Shown here one piece after another: positions 28,751 through 37,971 of a stretch of DNA of 64,000 nt (positions within the stretch are counted from its first letter, which is position 1; every line of letters begins with the position of its first letter). The position numbers and the translations under genes are program-made. Origin of the DNA: an uncultured delta proteobacterium (lineage in GTDB: Bacteria > Myxococcota > Myxococcia > Myxococcales > Myxococcaceae); the NCBI GenBank assembly GCA_963713045.1, contig CAVQKE010000007.1, forward strand, positions 384,001-448,000, given 5' to 3'. The notes below the pieces were generated by a model. That model did not search any database. It was not told the origin of the DNA and worked only from the letters and a program-made list of their open reading frames with translations.

Positions 28751-29515
28751 ATGCGCCCGCGCGCCGCCGCCCTTCTCTCGCTGCTCGCTGGCTCCTCCGC
28801 CCTGGCCAGCGAGCGGACACTCACCTGGGAATACGATTCCAGTGTCCTGCCCCCCGGCAGCAAGGAACTGGAACTGTGGAGCACCGGCCGCTTCGGGAAG
28901 CCGGAGGGCTACAGCGCCTTCGACAACCGGGCCGAGCTGGAGATGGGCCTCGTCGACCAGCTGCAAACCTCCCTCTACGTCAACTTCGGCACCGTCTATG
29001 ACTACGGAAGCCTGGTTTCCAATTGGAGCATCTCCAACGAATGGAAGTGGAAGCTCCTCGACCCGGTGGCAGATGTCATCGGCTTGGCCCTCTACGGCGA
29101 ATTGACCTTCGGGCCGAGTGAGGAGGAAGTCGAAGCGAAAGTCATCTTGGACAAGCGCTTTGGAAAGCTGCTCCTCGCGCTGAATCTCATCGGCGAGTAC
29201 GAATGGGAAAACCTCAACCCGGGTTGGCTGCACGAACAGCAGCTGGAGGCCGCCTTCGGCACCGAATACAACCTCGGCGCTGGCTTCCACCTGGGCGTCG
29301 AAGCGCGCGTCAACTGCGTCTGGGAGGGCGGCACCGGCTTTGTGGGGGGAGCGGTCTTCGTTGGCCCGGTGCTCTCCTACGTGCGGCCGACGTGGTGGAT
29401 TGCGCTGTCCGTGCTGCCGCAGGTGGTGGGGTTTGGCAGTGGCACCGTCGATGGGCTGGAGCTCGACGACCATGAGCGCATCAACGTCCGGCTGCTGGCG
29501 GGCTTCGACTTATGA
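28751..29515 (+). CDS. Exported outer-membrane beta-barrel protein (DUF6662-like)
   Basis: Signal peptide (ALA-SE), amphipathic beta strands, C-terminal RLLAGFDL. Confidence 0.7.
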   Translation: MRPRAAALLSLLAGSSALASERTLTWEYDSSVLPPGSKELELWSTGRFGKPEGYSAFDNRAELEMGLVDQLQTSLYVNFGTVYDYGSLVSNWSISNEWKWKLLDPVADVIGLALYGELTFGPSEEEVEAKVILDKRFGKLLLALNLIGEYEWENLNPGWLHEQQLEAAFGTEYNLGAGFHLGVEARVNCVWEGGTGFVGGAVFVGPVLSYVRPTWWIALSVLPQVVGFGSGTVDGLELDDHERINVRLLAGFDL

Positions 29516-31194
29516 CGCAGCCCCGCACCCGCGCTGTGGCCTGCGCCCTTGTCCTCTCCGGCTGCCTGGCGGGCCCTGGAGCACCTCCGGTGGACCCCTT
29601 CAAGCCTGCCGACCAGGCGCTGGGCGAGCGCATCTTTCGCGACCCCCGCTTCTCCCAATGGTTTGCCGCCCATTCGACGTCGATGAATGCCTTCCCCACC
29701 TCCGGTGACCCGACGGTGCAAGACGCCGTCAATGCATTGGGCCCGGACATGCCCGGCTCGCTGGCTGGAACCGCGATGGCCTGTTCGCTGTGCCATCTGG
29801 TGGAGCAAAACTCCATTCCCGATGGGGCCAATGCCAACGGCACCAACATGCGCGCCTACGCGGACTTCGCGCGGAAGAGTCCCATCCCCGACCGCGGCGA
29901 CGGGCAAAGCGTCACCCCGCGCAACGCCGCGGCGATGGTGGATGCGCTGGTGCCGCGGGAGGTGCCAGTGTTTCTGCACCATGACGGCCAATTCGTCTCG
30001 GCCGAGGACCTCATCGGGGCGACCTTCACCGGCCGAAATCTCGGCTGGCTCCCCACCGAAGCTTCCCAGGCGGTGGCGCACATTGCCAACGTCATCCGCC
30101 AAGACGACTGCAGCCAATTCATCGGGCCGGACCCCGGGCTTGCTGGCACCAGCTACGCGGCGGACTTTCTCGGCCAAGACGACCGAATTCCGGCGCGCCT
30201 GCGCCTTTTGCCGGAGGCGCGCATCGACGTCCGGAGCGCCAGCGACGAGGAAGTTCTGGCCAGCGTGGAGGCCGTGGTGGCGGCCTACATCAGCGGGCTG
30301 CGCTACAGCCGCGACACCAGCGGCGCCTACAACTTTTCGCCTTTCGACGTCTTCCTCAAACTCAACGGGCTTCCGCGCCAGCCAGACCCAGGCGAGGCCC
30401 CCCTGGACTACGCCCGGCGGCTGCGGACGGCCGTCGAGTCCATCGTGTCACCCCAGTGGGTGACAGCGGACATGGGCAGCTACATCCACCACGACCAGCC
30501 CTTCGTCTTTGGCCCGACGGAACTGGAGGGGCTGGAGGTGTTTTTGGCGGAGCCGCTTCTCCCTTCCCAAGCCCCCAACGGCGGCGGCGTCGGCAACTGC
30601 CTCGCCTGCCACACCCCCCCGGACTTCACCGACCATCTCTTCCACAACACCGGCGCCAGTCAGGTGGAATACGACTCGGTGCATGGCGATGGCGCCTTTT
30701 TCGCCCTGGCGGTGCCGGACCTCTCCGCACGCAATGCCAACCCGGCGGCGTACTTGCCGGCGTCGGCGGCCTACCCCACCGCCCGCGGGCGCTTTCGCGC
30801 CGCCGCCTCACCGGACGACCCGGGCCTGGCGGACTTGGGCCTGTGGAACGTCTTCGCCAACCCAGCCATGCCCAACCCCCAGCCGGCCCTGTCGGACGTG
30901 CTGTGCACGGCCCCCGGGACGATGGACTGCTCGGCCGAAGCCCTGTTGCCCACCACGCTGGCCCTCTTCAAGACGCCGGGGCTGCGCGACTTGGACGACA
31001 GCGCGCCCTACCTGCACAACGGCTCGGCCAATGACTTGTCGGCGGTGCTGGGCCAGTACCAGAAGGCTTCGGACTTGCAGCGCGCAGGCACCTTGCGCAA
31101 CGGCGATGCCCGGCTTTTGGGCATGCACCTCGCCTCCGCTGACTTCGCCCCCTTGCAGGCCTTCCTGCATTCGCTGACTGAGGACTACCAGTAG
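29512..31194 (+). CDS. Diheme cytochrome c peroxidase/MauG-superfamily lipoprotein
   Basis: Lipobox LSG-C; LGERIFRDPRFS; CSLCH and CLACH; FKTPGLRDL..SAPYLHNG; ATGA overlap with upstream gene. Confidence 0.85.
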   Translation: MTQPRTRAVACALVLSGCLAGPGAPPVDPFKPADQALGERIFRDPRFSQWFAAHSTSMNAFPTSGDPTVQDAVNALGPDMPGSLAGTAMACSLCHLVEQNSIPDGANANGTNMRAYADFARKSPIPDRGDGQSVTPRNAAAMVDALVPREVPVFLHHDGQFVSAEDLIGATFTGRNLGWLPTEASQAVAHIANVIRQDDCSQFIGPDPGLAGTSYAADFLGQDDRIPARLRLLPEARIDVRSASDEEVLASVEAVVAAYISGLRYSRDTSGAYNFSPFDVFLKLNGLPRQPDPGEAPLDYARRLRTAVESIVSPQWVTADMGSYIHHDQPFVFGPTELEGLEVFLAEPLLPSQAPNGGGVGNCLACHTPPDFTDHLFHNTGASQVEYDSVHGDGAFFALAVPDLSARNANPAAYLPASAAYPTARGRFRAAASPDDPGLADLGLWNVFANPAMPNPQPALSDVLCTAPGTMDCSAEALLPTTLALFKTPGLRDLDDSAPYLHNGSANDLSAVLGQYQKASDLQRAGTLRNGDARLLGMHLASADFAPLQAFLHSLTEDYQ

Positions 31195-31206
31195 CGGGCC
31201 CCGGGC

Positions 31207-32016
31207 CTAGCGCTTGGCGGCAGACTTCTTCAGCTCCGCCAGCCGGGCCTTGGCCTTCTTGGCCGCATCGGTGCCGGGGTAGCGCTTGATGACCTGTTCC
31301 AGCGCGGCTTGGGCAGCGTCGAGGTTTTTCAGTCGCTGGAAGCAGTCGGCCGAGTGCAAGAGCGCGGTGGGCATGGACTTGCTGTTGGGGAAGGCCTTCA
31401 CCAGCTGCCCGTACTCCGGGAGTGCCTCGGCGCAGCGGTCCTCGACAAAGTAAGACTCGCCCAGCTGGAAGTGCGCCTCCCCGGCCAGGTCGTCTCGGGG
31501 GTACTTTTTGATGAAGTCCACATACAGCTGCCGTGCCACGGCGACGTCGCCCGCCTTCTGCTTGGCCTGGGCCAGCGCGAAGAAGTCCTTCTTCTCCGCT
31601 GGACGGGGGATGTCCGCTCCCGCCGGCTGCGCCGGCTTGGCGGCTTGGACGCCGGGGAGGGCATTCACCTCGGTCTGCAGCTGGTCGAGCTGGTGGACGT
31701 AGGCGTCCACCTGGCCGCGCAGCGTGGCCATGTCCTCCACCACCTTTTGCAGCTGGACGCCGATGTCGGCGTCACTGCGCCGCCCGGCCTGGTCCAGGCC
31801 GTCCAGGGCCTTCTGCACCTCGGCCAGTTTCTGGTCCACCCGGGGGAGAGATTCGTTCAGCTTGTCCTCTTGGGCCTTCAGCTGAGCGCGCAGCGCCTCG
31901 TTGTCCGAGGACAGCTTGTCCACCCGCAGCTCCAGTTGGTTGCCCTTCTCCGAGGTGTAGCAGCCCGGTAGCCCGAGGGCGAAGACCGACAGCAGAACCG
32001 GCCAGCGCCAGCTCAC
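31207..32016 (-). CDS. cpoB: Tol-Pal protein CpoB/YbgF (coiled coil plus TPR lipoprotein)
   Basis: Lipobox LPG-C, coiled coil, LRGQV, TPRs with KYP..A.EAHFQLGESYF; coupled to the Pal-like gene. Confidence 0.8.
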   Translation of the reverse strand: MSWRWPVLLSVFALGLPGCYTSEKGNQLELRVDKLSSDNEALRAQLKAQEDKLNESLPRVDQKLAEVQKALDGLDQAGRRSDADIGVQLQKVVEDMATLRGQVDAYVHQLDQLQTEVNALPGVQAAKPAQPAGADIPRPAEKKDFFALAQAKQKAGDVAVARQLYVDFIKKYPRDDLAGEAHFQLGESYFVEDRCAEALPEYGQLVKAFPNSKSMPTALLHSADCFQRLKNLDAAQAALEQVIKRYPGTDAAKKAKARLAELKKSAAKR

Positions 32017-32771
32017 TTGGCGACGAAGTCATCCCGACGGTTTGCCGCCCAGGCCGCTTCGTTCTCGCCTTGCACCGCGGGCCGAAGCTTGCCGTAGCCC
32101 ACCGTCTGCAGAAGGGAGGCCTTCACCCCGAGGTCCACCAGGTACTTCTTCGCAGCCTCGGCACGGCGGATGGAGAGGTGGAGGTTGTACTCCTCGGTGC
32201 CGCGGTCGTCGCAGTTGCCCTCGATGGTAATCTGCTTGAAGCTGTTGGCCTTGATGCAGCTGGCCAGTGTGTCGAGCTGGGCCCGTGCCCCTTCGTCCAG
32301 GTTGCTCTTGTCAAACGCGAAGTGAATCGGTGTCCAGTCGCAGCTACCGGCCCCGGCAGCAGCGCCCTTGACGCACATGCCGGCCTGACACGTCTCGCCC
32401 GTCCGGCAGTCGTCGTTGGTGGCGCAGCTGTTGGCGGCACAGACCTTGTTGGTGCAGCGCGCATTGGGGCCGCAGTCCTGGTCCTGGGCACAGCCTTTGG
32501 CGACGCACTTGCCGTTGTCACACTTGCGGCCGCTGCCGCAGGCCGCGTCGTCGGTGCACTCCGGCTTCGGCACGCAGGCGTTCTGCTGGCAAACGAAGCC
32601 CGGCTTACACTGCTGGTCGGTGGCGCATTCCCTGCACTGGCCCTGGACACAGACTTCGTTGTGTTCCTTGCAATTCTGGTCCGAGTCGCACTTGGGGTAC
32701 GTCGGCCCGCAGCCACTGAGGAGGAGGACGACGAATGCCGCGACGCCCACCAACCACCCATTGCGGTGCAT
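32013..32771 (-). CDS. crdB: OmpA/Pal-domain lipoprotein with Cys-rich repeats (CrdB-like)
   Basis: LLSG-C lipobox, CxxDxxC repeats, IHFAFDKS, EGNCDDRGTEEYN, ANRRD; divergent from an NtrC-type gene like M. xanthus crdB/crdA. Confidence 0.75.
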   Translation of the reverse strand: MHRNGWLVGVAAFVVLLLSGCGPTYPKCDSDQNCKEHNEVCVQGQCRECATDQQCKPGFVCQQNACVPKPECTDDAACGSGRKCDNGKCVAKGCAQDQDCGPNARCTNKVCAANSCATNDDCRTGETCQAGMCVKGAAAGAGSCDWTPIHFAFDKSNLDEGARAQLDTLASCIKANSFKQITIEGNCDDRGTEEYNLHLSIRRAEAAKKYLVDLGVKASLLQTVGYGKLRPAVQGENEAAWAANRRDDFVAK

Positions 32772-32878
32772 GCTGTCTCCTCAAGTGACTCAAAAACAAA
32801 GCGGAAAAACGCTGTACCGCCCCCAACCGGTCGCGGTCAAAGGAATTCTCGCCCAGTGTCGCCCCACGGCCACACGCT

Positions 32879-32912
32879 GTGGGCAGATGCCCACGCGCCG
32901 TGCACGGCGCGT
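32879..32912. promoter_or_regulatory. Overlapping palindromes in the crdB/crdA divergent region
   Basis: GTGGGCA-GA-TGCCCAC (32879-32894) and perfect 20-bp ACGCGCCGTGCACGGCGCGT (32893-32912). Confidence 0.45.
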
Positions 32913-32935
32913 CGGCTTTTAGGAATGTGACTTGA

Positions 32936-34369
32936 ATGGCCCACAGCGTCCTCATCGTCGATGACGAGAAGAACATTCTTCTCAGCTTGAGCCAGTCGCT
33001 GCAGCTGGCCGGCTACCGCACCGAGTTGGCCCAGACTGGCCAGCTGGCCCTCGACGTGGCGGGCTCGCGCCCGGTGGACGCCGTCCTGCTGGACGTGCGG
33101 ATGCCGGATTTGGACGGGCTGTTGGTTCTCCAACGGCTGCTCGCCCTGCGGCCTGGCCTGCCCACCATCATGATGTCCGGACACGCCACCATCGACACCG
33201 CAGTGCGCGCCACCCACCTTGGGGCCCGCGACTTTTTGGAAAAGCCCATCGCCCGCGACCGCCTCCTGCTGGCGCTGCGCAATGCCCTGGAGCATCAGGC
33301 GGTGGTGGCGCAGCTGAGAGAGCTTCAGGCCGAAGCGCCAGCGGACGAGATGGTGGGGCACGGAGTGGCGATGAGCCGGCTGAGCGCGCTGCTGGCCCGG
33401 GCCGCCCCCAGCGAGGGGCGGGTCCTCATCAGCGGCGAGAACGGCACCGGCAAGGAGTTGGTGGCGCGGGCGCTGCACCGGCGCAGCCGACGGGCGGCCG
33501 GCCCCTTCGTCCGGGTGAATTGCGCGGCCGTCCCGGAGGGCCTCATCGAAAGCGAGCTTTTTGGACACGAGCGAGGGGCCTTCACCGGTGCCACCGCGGT
33601 GCGCCGGGGGAAATTCGAGCTGGCCGACACCGGGACCCTCTTCCTGGACGAAGTGGGAGACATGCCGCCGGCGATGCAGGCCAAGCTGCTGCGCGTGCTT
33701 CAAGAAAATGAATTTGAGCGCGTCGGCGGCACCGAGACGTTGCGCGTCGACGTCCGGGTGCTGGCTGCCACCAACCGCGACCTCGAGGCCGAGATTTCGG
33801 CCGGTCGCTTCCGGGAGGACCTCTACTACCGGCTGGCGGTGGTGCACTTGCACACCCCGCCCCTGCGGGAACGGCGGGAAGACCTTCCGGAACTCATCTC
33901 CACCTTCCTCGCGGAGGCCTGCCGGCGCAACGGCAGGCGTCCGCTGCGCCTGTCGCCCGAGGCGGTGGCGCTGCTGTCAGCCCAGCCCTACCCCGGCAAC
34001 GTCCGAGAGTTGCGCAACTTGATTGAGCGGCTCGCCATTCTCTGCGACGGGCCAGAGGTGACAGCCGAGGCGGCGGGCGAGTTGCTGCCGGCACCCCGCC
34101 TTCATCGGCAGGCGGAAGCGGCGGGGGCTCTTCAGCCGCCTGAGGTGCCCAAGGCGGCACGCCCCGCGCCGGTGGTGGGCAGCAAGCCCTTCCGCGAGCT
34201 GGTGGAGGACGCCGAGCGCGAGATTATTATCCGGACGCTGGCCTTCGCCGGCGACAACGTCACCGAGGCGGCGCGCCTGCTCGACCTCGAGCGCGGCCAC
34301 TTCTACAAAAAAATGAAGGCCTTAGGCCTCCGGCGCGGGCCGCCCGAGGGGGAGCCGGCCGCCGGTTAG
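32936..34369 (+). CDS. crdA: Sigma54-dependent response regulator (NtrX-like, CrdA-like)
   Basis: Receiver, [24 protein letters not shown]; synteny with crdB and crdS. Confidence 0.8.
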   Translation: MAHSVLIVDDEKNILLSLSQSLQLAGYRTELAQTGQLALDVAGSRPVDAVLLDVRMPDLDGLLVLQRLLALRPGLPTIMMSGHATIDTAVRATHLGARDFLEKPIARDRLLLALRNALEHQAVVAQLRELQAEAPADEMVGHGVAMSRLSALLARAAPSEGRVLISGENGTGKELVARALHRRSRRAAGPFVRVNCAAVPEGLIESELFGHERGAFTGATAVRRGKFELADTGTLFLDEVGDMPPAMQAKLLRVLQENEFERVGGTETLRVDVRVLAATNRDLEAEISAGRFREDLYYRLAVVHLHTPPLRERREDLPELISTFLAEACRRNGRRPLRLSPEAVALLSAQPYPGNVRELRNLIERLAILCDGPEVTAEAAGELLPAPRLHRQAEAAGALQPPEVPKAARPAPVVGSKPFRELVEDAEREIIIRTLAFAGDNVTEAARLLDLERGHFYKKMKALGLRRGPPEGEPAAG

Positions 34370-34388
34370 CCCCCCCCGCCTGACCAAC

Positions 34389-34970
34389 TCAGGCCCCCAT
34401 CAGGATGAGACTGAGCACCGTTGCGACCTCGACGTCGCTCCAGGTGGCCATCACGGCCGGCAGCTGGAGGAAGCCGTAGCCGCCAGGCACCATCTGCCCT
34501 TCGTACTTGTTGCCATTCCACTGCAGGTTGTAGGTGACGACGCCGATGCGGCCGTTGATGGCTTTGGGGCTGAGAATCCAGTCCGAGTTGCCGACGCCCA
34601 TCGCGCCGACAATGTGCGCACTGCCATCGGGGTTGACGTCGACGATGCAGCTGAAGGGGGTGGTCCCCACCGAGCCTTCCGCCTTGTTTCCTTTAATGCT
34701 GACGTCGACGCTGCGTCCGGAGTTGCCGGTGCCCCGCACGTGGCCGCCGGTGATGCTGAGGCTGGCCACCGGCCCGCTGAGAGAGCGGCCGCTGATGGAG
34801 TTGGAGATTTGGCCACCGTTGGCCACACCCTGAAGGTCATTCCCGGTGGACATCGACGCCGAGGCGAGTTTCCAGTCGGGCGGCGGCCCGGCCGGCATGG
34901 CGGGCGGGGGGGTGGCACAGGCCAAGAGGGCAAAACAGGACAGCGGCGCAACCAAGTGTGAGACGCGCAT
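34389..34970 (-). CDS. Hypothetical beta-rich lipoprotein
   Basis: Lipobox LLA-C, RBS GGAGG, C-terminus paralogous to 35153-35734. Confidence 0.7.
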   Translation of the reverse strand: MRVSHLVAPLSCFALLACATPPPAMPAGPPPDWKLASASMSTGNDLQGVANGGQISNSISGRSLSGPVASLSITGGHVRGTGNSGRSVDVSIKGNKAEGSVGTTPFSCIVDVNPDGSAHIVGAMGVGNSDWILSPKAINGRIGVVTYNLQWNGNKYEGQMVPGGYGFLQLPAVMATWSDVEVATVLSLILMGA

Positions 34971-35152
34971 CTGAGGCCTCCTCCAAGTTTTACGGAAAGG
35001 TGAGCGGCAAAGTGACGGCGCCCCCCCAAAAAAGCACTTCGCCTTTGGGCAGCATCCGCCCAGCCGGCAGCCGCTGTCACTTGGATTCTTCCCCGCCCGG
35101 GGGCCGGGCTACGGCGACGGGGGGGCGGCCGAGCGAGGAAGCTGGCGGAGGC

Positions 35153-35734
35153 TTAGGTCCCGAGGACGATGGCCAGCACCGTGGCGGACTCGAGGTCCGA
35201 CCAGCTGGACATGCCCGCCGGCAGCTCCAAGGAGGTGATTTGGACGCTGCCCGCGCAGCTCGACATCCCCTCATAGCGGTTGCCGTTGAAGGTCAAGTCG
35301 TAGCTGCACTTGCCAAGGTACCCCTTAAAAATTTTCGGGCTGATGCTGAAGGCGGAGAGCTTGGCGCCGGCGAAGAGGCCGGTCACCTGAGTGACACCGT
35401 CGTCCTGCCGCTCAATTTGCACGCTGAAGGGGGCATTCTTGTAGTTGCCGTCGGTACGGGTGGCCTTGAGGGTGGCGTCCACCTGCGCATTGCCCGGACC
35501 ATAGCCGCGGATGAAATCCGGGCCGTGGGTGAGATTCCAGGTGGGGCCGAAGATGGCGTTGCCTTCAATGGAAACTTGGACGTACCGGCTTTCCGAGCGC
35601 AGGCGCACCTCCTTTCCGGCCGAAGGCGTGGCGGACGCGAAAGCCCAGTGTGGGGCGGCGGGAGGCGGATTCGCTGGTGCCCCGGCACAGCCAAGCGCGA
35701 GGGCCAGCAAGGGGACACAGACAAGTAGGCGCAT
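35153..35734 (-). CDS. Hypothetical beta-rich lipoprotein (paralog of 34389-34970)
   Basis: Lipobox ALG-C; LPAGMSSWSDLESATVL vs LPAVMATWSDVEVATVL. Confidence 0.7.
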   Translation of the reverse strand: MRLLVCVPLLALALGCAGAPANPPPAAPHWAFASATPSAGKEVRLRSESRYVQVSIEGNAIFGPTWNLTHGPDFIRGYGPGNAQVDATLKATRTDGNYKNAPFSVQIERQDDGVTQVTGLFAGAKLSAFSISPKIFKGYLGKCSYDLTFNGNRYEGMSSCAGSVQITSLELPAGMSSWSDLESATVLAIVLGT

Positions 35735-35790
35735 GGGCAACTCCAATGGGGGCGTAGCTGGCCGTCCTTGTGACGGGCAGCGCCGGGGCC

Positions 35791-36648
35791 CTATTCACAC
35801 CCCGGCCCGCCGGCGGTTGCAAACTCTGGCACCCCGCCGTCCCCTGCGGACGGTGCAGCCGGGGGAGCCAGGGCGAAACGGGCCCAGACGGGGGCATGGT
35901 CCGAAGGCAGTTTGCCCTTGCGCGCCTCGCGGTCAATGTCGGCCGCCTCGCAGCGGGCGGCGAGGGCTTCTGTGGCGTACACCGCGTCGATGCGCAGCCC
36001 GTGGTTTTTCGGGAAGCCAAGCATCCGGTAGTCCCACCAGCTGTAGCGGCCGGGCTCCGGATGGTGCAGCCGAAAGGTGTCCTTTAGCCCGAAGGCCACG
36101 ACTTCTTGGAGGGCCTTGCGCTCCGGAAGCGAAAACAGCGTCTGTCCCTCCCACAGCGCCGGGTCCCAGACGTCGCGCTCCTCCGGGGCGACGTTGAAGT
36201 CCCCACACAGCACAAGCGACTGCTCGTCCCGGTAGCGAACGTCCAGCGCGTGCCGCAGCTGGGCATAGAAGGCGAGCTTCCCCTGGTAGGCAGGCGAGTC
36301 CACCGACTGGCCGTTGGGCGCGTAGACGGACAGGATGCGCACCCCCTGCACCGTGCCGGCCAGCACGCGCGCTTCGTCAGAAGCCTCGGCCAGCGGCAAC
36401 CCACGCTCCACCTGCTGGACGGGCGTGGTGCTGAGGATGGCCACCCCGTTGTAACTCCGCTGGCCGTAGACGGCGGCATGGTAGCCGAGGCGCTCCACCA
36501 TCTCCTTGGGGAACTGTTCCTCGGTGCACTTCAGCTCCTGAAGGCAAAGCACCTCCGGACGGCGGGAGGTGAGGTAGGCCTGCAGCCGCTCGACGCGTGC
36601 CCGCACCGAATTGATGTTCCAGCTGGCGATGGTGAGTGGTGTGCCCAG
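35791..36648 (-). CDS. xth: Exodeoxyribonuclease III
   Basis: IASWNINS, LQELK, YNGVAIL, GDFNVAP, GLRID, SDHAPV; probable CTG start 4 nt after AAAAGGA. Confidence 0.92.
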   Translation of the reverse strand: MGTPLTIASWNINSVRARVERLQAYLTSRRPEVLCLQELKCTEEQFPKEMVERLGYHAAVYGQRSYNGVAILSTTPVQQVERGLPLAEASDEARVLAGTVQGVRILSVYAPNGQSVDSPAYQGKLAFYAQLRHALDVRYRDEQSLVLCGDFNVAPEERDVWDPALWEGQTLFSLPERKALQEVVAFGLKDTFRLHHPEPGRYSWWDYRMLGFPKNHGLRIDAVYATEALAARCEAADIDREARKGKLPSDHAPVWARFALAPPAAPSAGDGGVPEFATAGGPGCE

Positions 36649-36861
36649 GGCGTCCTTTTCTAACGCAGGACGTGGGCCCCGCCAGGCCACACGCCCCAAC
36701 CCCAGCCCGTGGCCACCCGGCCACTGGACGGTGTGGACAGTCGGCCGCGCCCGCTTGCGCCCCAGAGGGCGCCGCGGCGGTGGCACGGCGCGCGCAAGTG
36801 CACCGGCGTGGCCCCCCCAAGGGGCCGCACTCGCAAACAACATTTGAGGTTTCAAAACACC

Positions 36862-37800
36862 ATGCACCGCCCCACGCTTGTCCTCCTCGGCGCCCTGTGC
36901 GCACTCGGCTGCCAAAAGTCTTCTTTCGTCGCTGCCCGTCCGGCACCAGCCGCGGAAGTCCCCCGCGTCGCCCTTGCGGCGCCGGCGACGCCTCAGCTGC
37001 CGGACGCCGGCCGGGTGGTGGAGGCGGCGCGCCGGGTGGTCACCGCGCCAGTCCTGGGACTTGCCCACGTGGACAGCGTGCCCACCGACCACCTGGCCCG
37101 GGCCCGGGCGCTGCGGGAAGAAGGCGACACCGTGGAAGCCTTGGCCGAGGCCCGCCGCCAGCTGGCGGACAGCCCGGAGGATGAGGAGGCGCTGGAGTGG
37201 GTGGGCCGCGCCGCGCAGTCCCTCGGCCAGCTTCCCCTGGCCGCGGCGGCCTTTGAGAAGCTGGGCGAGGTGCGTGAAGACGACGCACTCCCCCTGATTC
37301 GGGCGGGCCGGCTCCACCTGGCCATGCAGGACAGTGCCGGCGCGGCGCGGGAGGCCACCTTGGCACTGGAACGCGACGAGGGGTCGGTCGAGGCCTACCA
37401 AGTGCTGGGCCGCGCCGCCCTCCTGGACGGGGACTTGCGGCATGCCATCGAATGGCTGGAGCAAGCCCGGACGCTGGCGCCGGCCCATGGCTGGGTCCTC
37501 AACAACCTTGGCTTCGCGTACCTGAGTGCCAATGAGAATGCGAAGGCGCTGGAGACGTTGACGCGTGCCGCGGAACTGCTGCCGACGGCGGCGGTGGTGC
37601 AAAACAACCTCGGCGTGGCCCTGGAGCGCGTCGGGCGCACCAGCGAGGCCAGCGACGCCTTCGACAAGTCCGCCGCGCTGGCGCCGGGCTACACCCGCGC
37701 CCAGGTCAACCGCGCCCGGCTGGCGCTGCTGCGCACGGCCGACGGCGGGGCAGACGCCACCCCTGAGGAGGAGGCGGATGCCGACGGGGGCGAGGACTAA
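36862..37800 (+). CDS. TPR lipoprotein
   Basis: Lipobox ALG-C; TPRs (WVLNNLGFAYL, VQNNLGVALE). Confidence 0.8.
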   Translation: MHRPTLVLLGALCALGCQKSSFVAARPAPAAEVPRVALAAPATPQLPDAGRVVEAARRVVTAPVLGLAHVDSVPTDHLARARALREEGDTVEALAEARRQLADSPEDEEALEWVGRAAQSLGQLPLAAAAFEKLGEVREDDALPLIRAGRLHLAMQDSAGAAREATLALERDEGSVEAYQVLGRAALLDGDLRHAIEWLEQARTLAPAHGWVLNNLGFAYLSANENAKALETLTRAAELLPTAAVVQNNLGVALERVGRTSEASDAFDKSAALAPGYTRAQVNRARLALLRTADGGADATPEEEADADGGED

Positions 37801-37971
37801 GGGCTTCGCCCGTCCTGTTTGCTAGGGGCAGCCAGGGGGCCCCAGGGTACCGGGCCCTCTGCTAGCCTTTGCCACCGCAAAGACGACACGAGCGCGCCCA
37901 AAACCTGGCTCCAAACAGGGCGCCCGAAAGGCCCCGCCCTATATTGGGGGCCTTCTCGACAGACGAGGACG

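Noticed and set aside
35729..35746. Near-identical leader TTGGAGnnnCCCATGCGC shared with 55896-55913
   Set aside because: Explained by an RBS plus Met-Arg start of two lipoproteins; too short to imply a regulatory element
36649..37602. Long N-terminal extension of the xth ORF (603 aa in the ORF track)
   Set aside because: Antisense overlap with the TPR lipoprotein gene; ExoIII homology begins near 36640
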